A stretch of DNA of 32,000 bases from Gemmata obscuriglobus (GTDB lineage Bacteria > Planctomycetota > Planctomycetia > Gemmatales > Gemmataceae). The notes below the pieces were generated by a model, which saw only the letters and a program-made list of their open reading frames with translations, searched no databases and was not told where the DNA came from. Position numbers and translations under genes: made by a program. The DNA is taken from contig NZ_CP042911.1 in assembly GCF_008065095.1 (NCBI RefSeq), forward strand, positions 7,440,001-7,472,000, written 5' to 3'. The stretch's first letter is position 1. Every line of letters begins with the position of its first letter. This document shows, in pieces, positions 8,962 through 16,742 of the stretch.

Positions 8962-10626
8962 ATGGCGAAGAAGATCGAGGACATGGCGAAGTTCGCCAAG
9001 TTCTGCAAGGACATGGGGTTCATCTTCCAGTCCTCGGAAATCTACGGCGGGATCAACGGGTTCTGGGACTACGGCCCGCTCGGCGTCGAGCTGAAGCGGA
9101 ACATCAAGGAGGCGTGGTGGCAGGACATGGTCCGCAACCCGCCCCCGGGGCCGGACGGCCAAGAGATCCGGATGGTCGGGCTGGACTGCGCGATCATCAT
9201 GAACCCGAAGGTGTGGGTCGCCAGCGGTCACGTCGGCGGGTTCTCGGATCCGATGATGGACTGTAAGGAGAGCAAGAAACGATATCGGGCAGATCAGCTC
9301 ATGGTTGTCCACGCATCAACAGCGGAATTCCCGATTCCCCGCGCCGGAGAGCCTAGTGATATTGCTTGGGCATTTCCGAACGGAGATGAGCCGGCAATGA
9401 AAGCCGCAGTCAAGAAGCTCGAAAGCTATATTAAAAAGCACAAAATCGAGGCAAATAAAGTCTTTAAGCCGCTGCTGTCACTTGGTTCTCCGGAAGTCAT
9501 TCTTGCGCACGTGATCGGACCTGATGTGGATGTCCCAGGCACGCTGACCGAGCCGCGGGCGTTCAACCTGATGTTCGAGTCGCACGCCGGGCCGATCGCG
9601 TCGGACGAGAACAAGGTGTACCTCCGGCCCGAGACCGCGCAGGGGATCTTCGCCAACTACAAGAACGTACTCGACTCGTCGCGGCTGAAGCTGCCGTTCG
9701 GGATCGCGCAGGTCGGTAAGGCGTTCCGCAACGAGATCAACCCGCGGAACTTCACCTTCCGGTCGCGCGAGTTCGAGCAGATGGAGATCGAGTTCTTCTG
9801 CCACCCGGACGAATCGATGAAGTGGTACCAGTACTGGCGCGACCTGCGCAAGAAGTGGTACAGCACGCTCGGCATCCAGAGCGGCAACCTCGTCCCGCGT
9901 GAGCAGGGCAAGGAGGAGCTGGCGCACTACTCGATCGGCACCACCGACATCGAGTACCTGTTCCCGTTCTCGGACGAGCCGCAGGAACTCGAAGGGGTCG
10001 CGCACCGCGGCAACTTCGACCTCTCGGCCCACGCGAAGCACAGCGGCAAAGACCTCGGCTACTTCGACGAGGAGGGCTGGAACGCGCTGCTGCAAACGCG
10101 CCTGGAGCCGTTCAAGGACGACAAGGCCAAGCGCGAGGAAGAGAAGAAGAAGCTCGAAAAGGAGGAGAAGGCGCGGTTCCAGTTCGTGCCGCACGTGATC
10201 GAGCCGTCGGCCGGGGCCGACCGGTTCACGCTCGCGGTGCTGTGCGAGGCGTACAGCGAGGACAGCGTGCCGGACGCGAAGGGCGGCACCGAGACGCGGA
10301 TCGTGATGCGGTTCCACCCGCGGCTCGCGCCGATCAAGGCCGCGATCTTCCCGCTCGTCAACAAGGACGGGATGGACGAGGCCGCGAAGGAGTTGTACCG
10401 CGAGCTGAAGCCGTACTTCAACGTCGTGTACGACCAGAGCGGCGCCATCGGGCGGCGCTACCGGCGGCAGGACGAGGCCGGCACCCCGTTCTGCATCACG
10501 GTGGACGGCGACACCATGAAGGACGGCACCGTCACCCTCCGCGACCGCGACACGCTCAAGCAGGAGCGCATCCCGAAGGGCGAGGTGCGGGCGCGGATCG
10601 AAGCGGCCCTTCGCGCGGGGACGTGA
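8962..10626 (+). CDS. glyQS: Glycine--tRNA ligase, homodimeric (alpha2) class II type
   Basis: Conserved blocks: MAKKIEDMAKFAKFCKDMGFIFQSSEIYGGINGFWDYGPLGVELKRNIKEAWW, LRPETAQGIF, GIAQVGKAFRNEINPRNFTFRSREFEQMEIEFF, HVIEPSAGADR, the anticodon-binding domain PIKAAIFPL and GRRYRRQDEAGTPFCITVD. An AGAGG Shine-Dalgarno sequence lies 8 nt upstream of ATG 8962. Confidence 0.95.
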   Translation: MAKKIEDMAKFAKFCKDMGFIFQSSEIYGGINGFWDYGPLGVELKRNIKEAWWQDMVRNPPPGPDGQEIRMVGLDCAIIMNPKVWVASGHVGGFSDPMMDCKESKKRYRADQLMVVHASTAEFPIPRAGEPSDIAWAFPNGDEPAMKAAVKKLESYIKKHKIEANKVFKPLLSLGSPEVILAHVIGPDVDVPGTLTEPRAFNLMFESHAGPIASDENKVYLRPETAQGIFANYKNVLDSSRLKLPFGIAQVGKAFRNEINPRNFTFRSREFEQMEIEFFCHPDESMKWYQYWRDLRKKWYSTLGIQSGNLVPREQGKEELAHYSIGTTDIEYLFPFSDEPQELEGVAHRGNFDLSAHAKHSGKDLGYFDEEGWNALLQTRLEPFKDDKAKREEEKKKLEKEEKARFQFVPHVIEPSAGADRFTLAVLCEAYSEDSVPDAKGGTETRIVMRFHPRLAPIKAAIFPLVNKDGMDEAAKELYRELKPYFNVVYDQSGAIGRRYRRQDEAGTPFCITVDGDTMKDGTVTLRDRDTLKQERIPKGEVRARIEAALRAGT

Positions 10627-10647
10627 GACGGAGTTCGCGCGGGTAAA

Positions 10648-10700
10648 AAACCACGAAACCGCCCGGAACGGTCATTCCGTTCCGGGCGGTTTCGTGGTTT
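10648..10700 (+). terminator. Intrinsic terminator of glyQS (24-bp perfect stem, 5-nt loop)
   Basis: AAACCACGAAACCGCCCGGAACGG tcatt CCGTTCCGGGCGGTTTCGTGGTTT. It is preceded by an A-run and followed by a T-rich ccttatttcc, 22 nt after the TGA. Confidence 0.75.
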
Positions 10701-10735
10701 CCTTATTTCCGCATCCCGTCGGAGGGCACGAGCGC

Positions 10736-11194
10736 ATGACCGCTGACGAGCGCGGGTTCCTCGCCACGCTGGACACGAACCCGAACGACCACACGGCCCG
10801 CGCCGCGTACGCGGACTGGCTGGACGAACAGGGGCGCCGCTACGAAGCCGCGATCGAGCGCGGCCGCGCCGGGCTGTCGGAGGTGTACTTCAAGATCCGG
10901 CGCAAGTCCGACGGGCTGTTCTCCGAAGGACGCTCGCCCAGCCAGAGCCGCGTCCGGTGGAGCGCGAAGGGCAAGACGTGGCGCCGGATGAACGACGTGC
11001 GCGCCCACATGCTTAACCTGAAAGACGGCAAGAGCTACGGCGGCACGCCCTGGAACGACATTGAGGTCGTTCTGCACGAGGTCCGGGTTGTGTTCACGGC
11101 CGCTCTTCCGGTGTCGGTCGCGAACGGTACCCTCTCGTCCCGCGGCGCCAACGTTATCATTACCGAGCCGAACGCCGACCACGCCGAGGGATGA
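10736..11194 (+). CDS. TIGR02996 domain-containing protein
   Basis: N-terminus MTADERGFLATLDTNPNDHTARAAYADWLDEQGRRYEAAIE matches the Gemmata-type TIGR02996 motif (FL..I...P.D...R..YADWL.E.G). The 10694 alternative start overlaps the glyQS terminator, so ATG 10736 is preferred. Confidence 0.8.
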   Translation: MTADERGFLATLDTNPNDHTARAAYADWLDEQGRRYEAAIERGRAGLSEVYFKIRRKSDGLFSEGRSPSQSRVRWSAKGKTWRRMNDVRAHMLNLKDGKSYGGTPWNDIEVVLHEVRVVFTAALPVSVANGTLSSRGANVIITEPNADHAEG

Positions 11195-11428
11195 GCCGGC
11201 TGTCCTCCAGGCGCACCTGATTTCTTAACGTCAAGCACCACCGCCCGGCGCTGCGGCGCGACCGACGTGCTGTACAACGGCGACACGTCCTGGAGCGACA
11301 TTGAAGTTGTCGTTGTGGAGTTGCACCCGGTCGTCGCCGCGGCGCGGCCCGTGACTCTGCGTTACGACCCCGCGGACACCAGCGGTGACGTCGAAGTGAC
11401 TGTTGCTAAGGCACACATGGAGGGGTGA
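11195..11428 (+). other. In-frame, post-stop degenerate duplicate of the C-terminal module of the preceding gene (pseudo-exon, readthrough extension or small independent ORF)
   Basis: The frame of 10736..11194 stays open for 77 more codons after its TGA. It encodes ...VLYNGDTSWSDIEVVVVELHPVVAAARPVTLRYDPADTSGDVEVTVAKAHMEG*. This parallels SYGGTPWNDIEVVLHEVRVVFTAALPVSVANG...NADHAEG* in the upstream gene. A possible GTG start lies at 11267. Confidence 0.4.
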
Positions 11429-11498
11429 AATGGTGCGCGGCCGGCGGGTGCCGTCGGCCGCGCGTTCGTTGGCTCAAGTGTGCGCCGTTCGCTCGCAT

Positions 11499-11870
11499 TC
11501 ACTTGTCCCGCATGCGCACGAGGAGCAGCGGACGCCCCTTCTCACCGGTTCCGAACAGTTGACCGTCGGTCAGCTTGGCGACGGTGACCGAGCGCGAGTC
11601 TTCCACGCCCGCGATTTTCAGCGTGAGCGTGAGGGTACGCCCTTCGATTTGATATTTGCCCGCGGCCTTACTCTCCTCGCCCTTGCGGGTGATCCGCACG
11701 ACGAGCCCGCCCTGTTCCTCGAACTCAAACACAACCAGTCGCTTCTCCGGGTCGCCCTTGGCTTCCCACTTCCCGACGAGTTTGGCCGGGTCGAGCACCG
11801 GTTCGTTGTCCCCCGCCGACAGACTTCCCGCCAGTACGAACAGGGTCGCGGTCGTGAGTATTGCGCGCAT
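11499..11870 (-). CDS. Small secreted protein, lipocalin-like (resembles the Gemmata paralogous family TIGR03066; assignment from memory)
   Basis: Signal peptide MRAILTTATLFVLAGSLSAG. Motifs KLVGKWEAKG and TVAKLTDGQLF are present. 123 aa from ATG 11870. Confidence 0.75.
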   Translation of the reverse strand: MRAILTTATLFVLAGSLSAGDNEPVLDPAKLVGKWEAKGDPEKRLVVFEFEEQGGLVVRITRKGEESKAAGKYQIEGRTLTLTLKIAGVEDSRSVTVAKLTDGQLFGTGEKGRPLLLVRMRDK

Positions 11871-12077
11871 GGCATTAACCTTTCGAGAGTTCGGCACCCG
11901 CTGAACCACTCGGTTCGTGGCGCCCGTGAACCGCCTGCTGTGTCATTTGCGAACCGCGTGCCAGGACATCCGGCAGGAACCGGACGAAGCGGAAGATCGG
12001 AAACGGGCCGGTTCGACCCCTGTTCGAGCCGGCCCGAACAGGGGCGTCAACCCGCGGACCCGGTTCTGCGCTGTAAA

Positions 12078-12386
12078 ATGTCGATAGAACTCTCTCCTTT
12101 AGAGATCACTGCGATGCCGAAGCGAATTCGTTGTGCGTGTCGGCGGAACCCCGACTGTAAGCTGTGCGCCGGCAGCGGCGTGTACGAGTACGAACCCGGG
12201 CCGCTCGGGTGGATGCCGTTCATGTGCCCGACCTGTGAAGGGCGACGCGAAGCAACCGTTGAAGGCAAGACCGAGCGCTGTTTCACCTGCTCGGGAGCCG
12301 GGTCGGTGGACCCAGCCAACCCGCCCCGCGACACCAGCACGAAGGGCTTCATGCGCGACATCTGGCGCATCTTCATGGGCGGTTGA
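12078..12386 (+). CDS. Stand-alone DnaJ-type cysteine-rich zinc-finger mini-protein (CxxCxGxG repeats)
   Basis: Sequence ...CACRRNPDCKLCAGSGVYEYEPGPLGWMPFMCPTCEGRREATVEGKTERCFTCSGAGSVD... contains CKLCAGSG, CPTCEGRR and CFTCSGAG. The first 12 codons have low GC3, so ATG 12114 (MPKRIRC...) is an equally likely start. Confidence 0.7.
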   Translation: MSIELSPLEITAMPKRIRCACRRNPDCKLCAGSGVYEYEPGPLGWMPFMCPTCEGRREATVEGKTERCFTCSGAGSVDPANPPRDTSTKGFMRDIWRIFMGG

Positions 12387-12632
12387 TCCCGCCCGCGGTC
12401 TCACGGCTTCGGCGGGGTAGTGGGGGCAGGCTCAATACTCGTACCTGACATTTCGCGTTTGGTCCGGTTCTCGGTTCCTGCCACTCTGACACCGCGGTCG
12501 GCCGCTTCTCCCGAGTCGGTGCCAGCAAAGCATTGTTGGGTAATGGGTTGCAACGATAGCTTTTGACGGCACGCCTGTTGCATGCGAGCGGCCAATAGCT
12601 AAATCCGTTACCCCAGAAGAGCGGTAGAACCG

Positions 12633-14369
12633 ATGGCATCGAAGCAACTTTCGTACGCGGATGACGCACGGCAGAAGCTCCTCGCGGGCGCCAGCAAGCT
12701 GGCCCGGGCCGTCCGCTCCACCCTCGGGCCGCGCGGCCGCAACGCGGTGCTCGATAAGGGCTGGGGCGCGCCGAACGTCACCAAGGACGGCGTCACCGTC
12801 GCCGAGGAGATCGAGCTCCAGGACCCGTTCGAGAACATGGGCGCGCAGCTCGTCAAGGAGGCGTCCTCGAAGACCAGCGACGTGGCGGGCGACGGCACCA
12901 CCACCGCCACCGTGCTCGCGGAGTTCATCTTCCGCGAGGGGCTCAAGAGCGTCGCCGGCGGGCACGACCCGATGGCCGTCGTGCGCGGCGTCCAGAAGGG
13001 CGTCGAGAAGGTCGTGGAAGAGCTCCACAAGATCGCCGAAGAGATCGACCCGAAGGACAACAAGTCCATCACTGAGGTCGCCAGCATCGCGGCCAACAAC
13101 GACAAGGAGATCGGCAAGAAGCTCGCCGAGGCGATGAAGCTGGTCGGCGCCACCAACGGCGTCATCACCATCGAAGAGGGCAAGAGCGCCGACACCGAGA
13201 TCAAGGTCGTCCAGGGGATGCAGTTCGACCGCGGGTACCTGTCCCCGCACTTCGTCACCAACCCCGAGACGGTGACCTGCGAGTTCGAGAACCCGTACAT
13301 CCTGATCTACGAAGAGAAGATCAGCTCGCTGAAGACCATCATCCCGCTGCTCGAGTGGGCCGCGAAGGAGAAGGTCCAACTCCTCATCATCGCCGAGGAC
13401 ATCGAAGGCGAGGCGCTCGCGGCCCTCGTCCTCAACAAGCTCAAGGGCGTGGTGCAGGTGTGCGCCGTGAAGGCCCCGGGTTACGGCGACCGCCGCAAGG
13501 CCATGCTCGAAGACATCGCCATCCTCACCGGCGGTAAGGCGATCTTCAAGGACCTCGCGGTCCAGATCGACGCCACCACCCCGGGTCCGAAGGGCGCGAT
13601 CCCGACCGTCGTGGCCGAGAAGATGCTCGGCCGCGCCAAGAAGGTGAAGATCGACTCCGAGAACACCACCGTCACCGAAGGTGCGGGCAAGAAGCCGGAC
13701 ATCACCGGCCGGGCCGAGTCGATCCGCAAGGAGATCGAGAAGACCGAGAGCGAGTACGACCGCGAGAAGCTGCAAGAGCGGCTCGCCAAGCTCGCCGGCG
13801 GCGTGGCCCAGGTGAAGGTCGGCGGCGCCACCGAGACCGCGATGAAGGAGCGGAAGGCGCTGTACGAGGACAGCCTGCACGCGACCCGCGCGGCCCTGGC
13901 CGAGGGGATCGTCCCGGGCGGCGGCGTGGCCCTGCTGAACGCCCGCAAGGTTCTCGAGAAGGCGATGAAGGCCGAGGGCGACGAGGCCGCCGGCATGGGC
14001 GTGCTGTACCGCGCCCTCGCGATGCCGTGCCAGATGATCGCGGAGAACGCCGGCAAGGACGGCACCGTGGTCGTGTCCCACGTCCTCAAGGGCAAGGACA
14101 AGAACTACGGCTACAACGCCGACACCGACAAATACGAAGACCTCCGCGCGTCGGGCGTCATCGACCCGGTGAAGGTGACCCGCAGCGCCCTCCAGCACGG
14201 CGCCAGCGTCGCGTGCCTGCTCCTCACCACCGAGTGCATGATCGCCGACATCCCCGAGCCGAAGAAGGCCGGCGGCGACCACCACGACCACGATCACGGC
14301 GGAGGCATGGGTGGCATGGGCGGCATGGGCGGGATGGGCGGCATGGGTGGCATGGGCGGGATGATGTAA
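12633..14369 (+). CDS. groEL: Chaperonin GroEL, copy 1 (His-rich + GGM-repeat tail)
   Basis: [27 protein letters not shown]...[13 protein letters not shown]...[12 protein letters not shown]...[26 protein letters not shown]...GGVALL...[17 protein letters not shown], ending [32 protein letters not shown]. Confidence 0.97.
   Translation: MASKQLSYADDARQKLLAGASKLARAVRSTLGPRGRNAVLDKGWGAPNVTKDGVTVAEEIELQDPFENMGAQLVKEASSKTSDVAGDGTTTATVLAEFIFREGLKSVAGGHDPMAVVRGVQKGVEKVVEELHKIAEEIDPKDNKSITEVASIAANNDKEIGKKLAEAMKLVGATNGVITIEEGKSADTEIKVVQGMQFDRGYLSPHFVTNPETVTCEFENPYILIYEEKISSLKTIIPLLEWAAKEKVQLLIIAEDIEGEALAALVLNKLKGVVQVCAVKAPGYGDRRKAMLEDIAILTGGKAIFKDLAVQIDATTPGPKGAIPTVVAEKMLGRAKKVKIDSENTTVTEGAGKKPDITGRAESIRKEIEKTESEYDREKLQERLAKLAGGVAQVKVGGATETAMKERKALYEDSLHATRAALAEGIVPGGGVALLNARKVLEKAMKAEGDEAAGMGVLYRALAMPCQMIAENAGKDGTVVVSHVLKGKDKNYGYNADTDKYEDLRASGVIDPVKVTRSALQHGASVACLLLTTECMIADIPEPKKAGGDHHDHDHGGGMGGMGGMGGMGGMGGMGGMM
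14301..14363 (+). repeat. Coding 9-bp tandem repeat (7 units, GGM motif) at the GroEL1 C-terminus
   Basis: gga ggc atg / ggt ggc atg / ggc ggc atg / ggc ggg atg / ggc ggc atg / ggt ggc atg / ggc ggg atg. Confidence 0.9.
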
Positions 14370-14485
14370 CGCCTCGCGAGTGCCGGGGGGCGGAGCGCTC
14401 GAGCGAAACACGAGCGCCGGCCCCCGAGCGCCGAACGTGAAACACCAGACACGAAAAACCAAACACGATAGGATCGGAGCGAATC

Positions 14486-14794
14486 ATGGCAAAAGGCGAC
14501 AAGCAACTGGTCCTCAAGCCGCTCGACGACCGCGTGGTGCTGGAGCCCACCGAGGCCGAAGAGAAGACCGCCGGCGGCATCCTGCTGCCGGACACCGCGA
14601 AGCAGAAGCCCCAGCAGGGCAAGGTGATCGCGGTCGGCCCGGGCAAGCTCACCGACAAGGGCACCCGCACCGTACTGGCCGTGAAGGTCGGCGACACGGT
14701 GCTGTTCGGCAAGTACAGCGGCTCGGACGTCGAAGTGAACGGCAAAGAGTACAAGATCGTCCGCGAGTCCGAGATCCTCGGCAAGCTGAACTAG
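14486..14794 (+). CDS. groES: Co-chaperonin GroES
   Basis: [53 protein letters not shown]...[41 protein letters not shown] Shine-Dalgarno sequence lies upstream. Confidence 0.97.
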   Translation: MAKGDKQLVLKPLDDRVVLEPTEAEEKTAGGILLPDTAKQKPQQGKVIAVGPGKLTDKGTRTVLAVKVGDTVLFGKYSGSDVEVNGKEYKIVRESEILGKLN

Positions 14795-14809
14795 TGATTT
14801 AAACCCATT

Positions 14810-14898
14810 TCACCGCAGAGGACGCAGAGAACGCAGAGATTGAGAACACGAGCCCTGCTCTTGCTTTCTCTCTGTGCACTCTGCGCCCTCCGCGGTGA
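14810..14898. repeat. Imperfect long hairpin whose 30-nt arms are built from GCAGAG-type 9-nt units (groES-groEL2 intercistronic element)
   Basis: Arm 1 is 14810-14839, TCACCGCAGAGGACGCAGAGAACGCAGAGA. Arm 2 is 14869-14898, TCTCTGTGCACTCTGCGCCCTCCGCGGTGA. They form 25 Watson-Crick pairs plus 1 G-U out of 30, with a 29-nt spacer. Read as protein, the arms give FTAEDAENAE / LCALCALRGE, a hallmark of spurious ORFs over such repeats. Confidence 0.8.
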
Positions 14899-14917
14899 AT
14901 CACCATCTGGAGACATC

Positions 14918-16603
14918 ATGGCGAAGCAACTGCTCTACACCGACGACGCGCGGAAGAAGCTCCTGGCCGGGGCCGAGAAGCTGGCCAAGGCGGTCGGCTC
15001 CACCCTCGGGCCGACCGGCCGCAACGTCATCATCGACAAGTCGTTCGGCGGGCCGACCGTCACCAAGGACGGCGTGACCGTCTCGAAGGAGGTCGACCTC
15101 GCCGACCCGTTCGAGAACATGGGCGCCAAGCTGGTGAACGCGGTCGCCCAGAAGACCAGCGACACCGCCGGGGACGGCACCACCACCGCCACCGTGCTCG
15201 CGCTGGCCGTCTACCAGGAAGGGCTGCGGAACATCACCGCCGGCGCCAACCCGATGGCTGTCAAGCGGGGCATCGATAAGGCCGTGAAGGCCGCCGTCGA
15301 GCACCTCGAGACGCAGCTCACCCGCAAGGTGTCGAAGAAGGAAGAGCTGAAGCAGGTCGCCGCGATCTCGGCCAACAACGACCCGAAGATCGGCGAGCTG
15401 ATGGCCGAGGCGTTCGAGAAGGTCGGCCGCGACGGAGTCATCACCGTCGAGGAGGGCAAGACCGCCGAGACGGTCCACGAGTTCGTCGAGGGGATGCAGT
15501 TCGACAAGGGGTACCTGTCCCCGTACTTCGTGGTCAACACCCCCGACCTGAAGTGGGAGCAGAAGGACGTCTCGATCCTGCTGTTCGAGAAGAAGCTCTC
15601 GAACGTGCGCGAGATGCTGCCGCTGCTCGACGCCGTCGCGCAGACCCGCAAGCCGCTGCTGATCGTCGCCGAGGACGTGGAGAGTGAGGCCCTCGCGGTG
15701 CTGGTGGTGAACCGGCTGCGCGGGCTGCTCGAGGTGTGCGCGGTGAAGGCCCCGGGCTTCGGCGACCGCCGCAAGGCCATGATGGAGGACATCGCGGTCC
15801 TCACCGGCGGCACGTTCGTGAGCGAAGACCTGGGCGTGAAGCTCGACAGCGTCGAGGAGCCGAGCGCGGCGGAGCAGCAGCGCGGCGCCCGCCCCACGCC
15901 GAAGGTGTTCGCCCTCCTCGGCCACGCCGACCAGGTGTCGGTGGACAAGGAGAACTGCACCATCATCGTGGACCCGGACGACGACCGCGAGGCGGCCATC
16001 AAGGCACGGGCGCAGACCATCCGCACCCAGATGGACCAGACCGAGAGCGAGTACGACAAGGAGAAGTTCTCCGAGCGGCTCGCGAAGCTCCTGGGCGGGG
16101 TCGCGATCATCAAGGTCGGGGCCTCCACCGAGGCCGAGATGAAGCAGACCAAGGGCCGCGTGGAGGACGCGCTGCACGCCACCCGCGCCGCGGTGTCCGA
16201 GGGCATCGTCCCCGGCGGCGGGGTGGCCCTGCTGCGGTGCGTCCCGGTGGTCGAGGCGCTCAGCGAGAAGCTGAAGGGCGACGAGCGCATCGGGGCCGAG
16301 ATCGTGGCCCGGGCGCTGCTGAAGCCGATCCGCACCATCGCCGAGAACGGCGGCGTGGACGGGGCCGTGATCGCCGACGAGGTGACCACCCGCGGCGAGA
16401 AGGACCCGAACATCGGGTACAACGCCAACAGCGGCAAGTACGAGGACATGTTCAAGGCCGGCGTCCTCGACCCGCTCCGCGTGACCCGCAGCGCGCTGAC
16501 CAACGCGGCCAGCATCGCCAGCCTGATGCTCACCACCGAGGTGATGATCACCCGGATCGACGAGGACGACAAGAAGTCGAAGGTGACCGGCGCGATCGCG
16601 TGA
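14918..16603 (+). CDS. groEL: Chaperonin GroEL, copy 2 (no GGM tail, enlarged loop insert)
   Basis: [26 protein letters not shown]...[12 protein letters not shown]...[26 protein letters not shown]...GGVALL...[17 protein letters not shown], ending [24 protein letters not shown] Shine-Dalgarno sequence lies 5 nt upstream of ATG 14918. The 26 extra N-terminal codons in the track ORF derive from the repeat element. Confidence 0.95.
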   Translation: MAKQLLYTDDARKKLLAGAEKLAKAVGSTLGPTGRNVIIDKSFGGPTVTKDGVTVSKEVDLADPFENMGAKLVNAVAQKTSDTAGDGTTTATVLALAVYQEGLRNITAGANPMAVKRGIDKAVKAAVEHLETQLTRKVSKKEELKQVAAISANNDPKIGELMAEAFEKVGRDGVITVEEGKTAETVHEFVEGMQFDKGYLSPYFVVNTPDLKWEQKDVSILLFEKKLSNVREMLPLLDAVAQTRKPLLIVAEDVESEALAVLVVNRLRGLLEVCAVKAPGFGDRRKAMMEDIAVLTGGTFVSEDLGVKLDSVEEPSAAEQQRGARPTPKVFALLGHADQVSVDKENCTIIVDPDDDREAAIKARAQTIRTQMDQTESEYDKEKFSERLAKLLGGVAIIKVGASTEAEMKQTKGRVEDALHATRAAVSEGIVPGGGVALLRCVPVVEALSEKLKGDERIGAEIVARALLKPIRTIAENGGVDGAVIADEVTTRGEKDPNIGYNANSGKYEDMFKAGVLDPLRVTRSALTNAASIASLMLTTEVMITRIDEDDKKSKVTGAIA

Positions 16604-16623
16604 CGCGGCGCGGGCGGCCGGCG

Positions 16624-16676
16624 GTGGGCAGCGAGCGGTGAAGAGCGGCCCCCCGCGTTCACCGCCCGCTGCCCGC
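16624..16676 (+). terminator. Imperfect 19-bp hairpin after groEL2
   Basis: GTGGGCAGCGAGCGGTGAA (16624-42) pairs with TTCACCGCCCGCTGCCCGC (16658-76), with 2 mismatches and a 15-nt loop. No U-tract follows. Confidence 0.35.
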
Positions 16677-16686
16677 ACGCTATTAT
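16658..16686 (+). promoter_or_regulatory. Candidate sigma-70-type promoter for dnaJ (TTCACC-17 nt-TATTAT)
   Basis: Hexamers at 16658-16663 and 16681-16686 have 17-nt spacing, about 57 nt upstream of the dnaJ ATG. This is pattern match only. Confidence 0.3.
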
Positions 16687-16742
16687 GGGAGTGTGTCCTT
16701 CTTTTCTGCCCGCCGCCCCCTGCTCACGGCCCACTCTTTGCT

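Noticed and set aside
12387-12632. Search for a CIRCE (TTAGCACTC-N9-GAGTGCTAA) or HAIR (CTTGAGT-N7-ACTCAAG) operator upstream of groEL1, and likewise upstream of groES, groEL2, dnaJ and grpE
   Set aside because: No acceptable match was seen by eye. A possible TTGCAT-16 nt-TAAATC promoter at 12578-12605 is too weak to report as a feature.
12432-14462. 676-aa (-) ORF opposite groEL1; also 14900..16678 (-) 592 aa and 15211..16734 (-) 507 aa opposite groEL2, and 16683..17774 (-) opposite dnaJ
   Set aside because: These are high-GC antisense shadow frames. The plus-strand products are textbook GroEL and DnaJ. The minus-frame products are low-complexity (Leu/Arg/Gly/Asp/His-rich).
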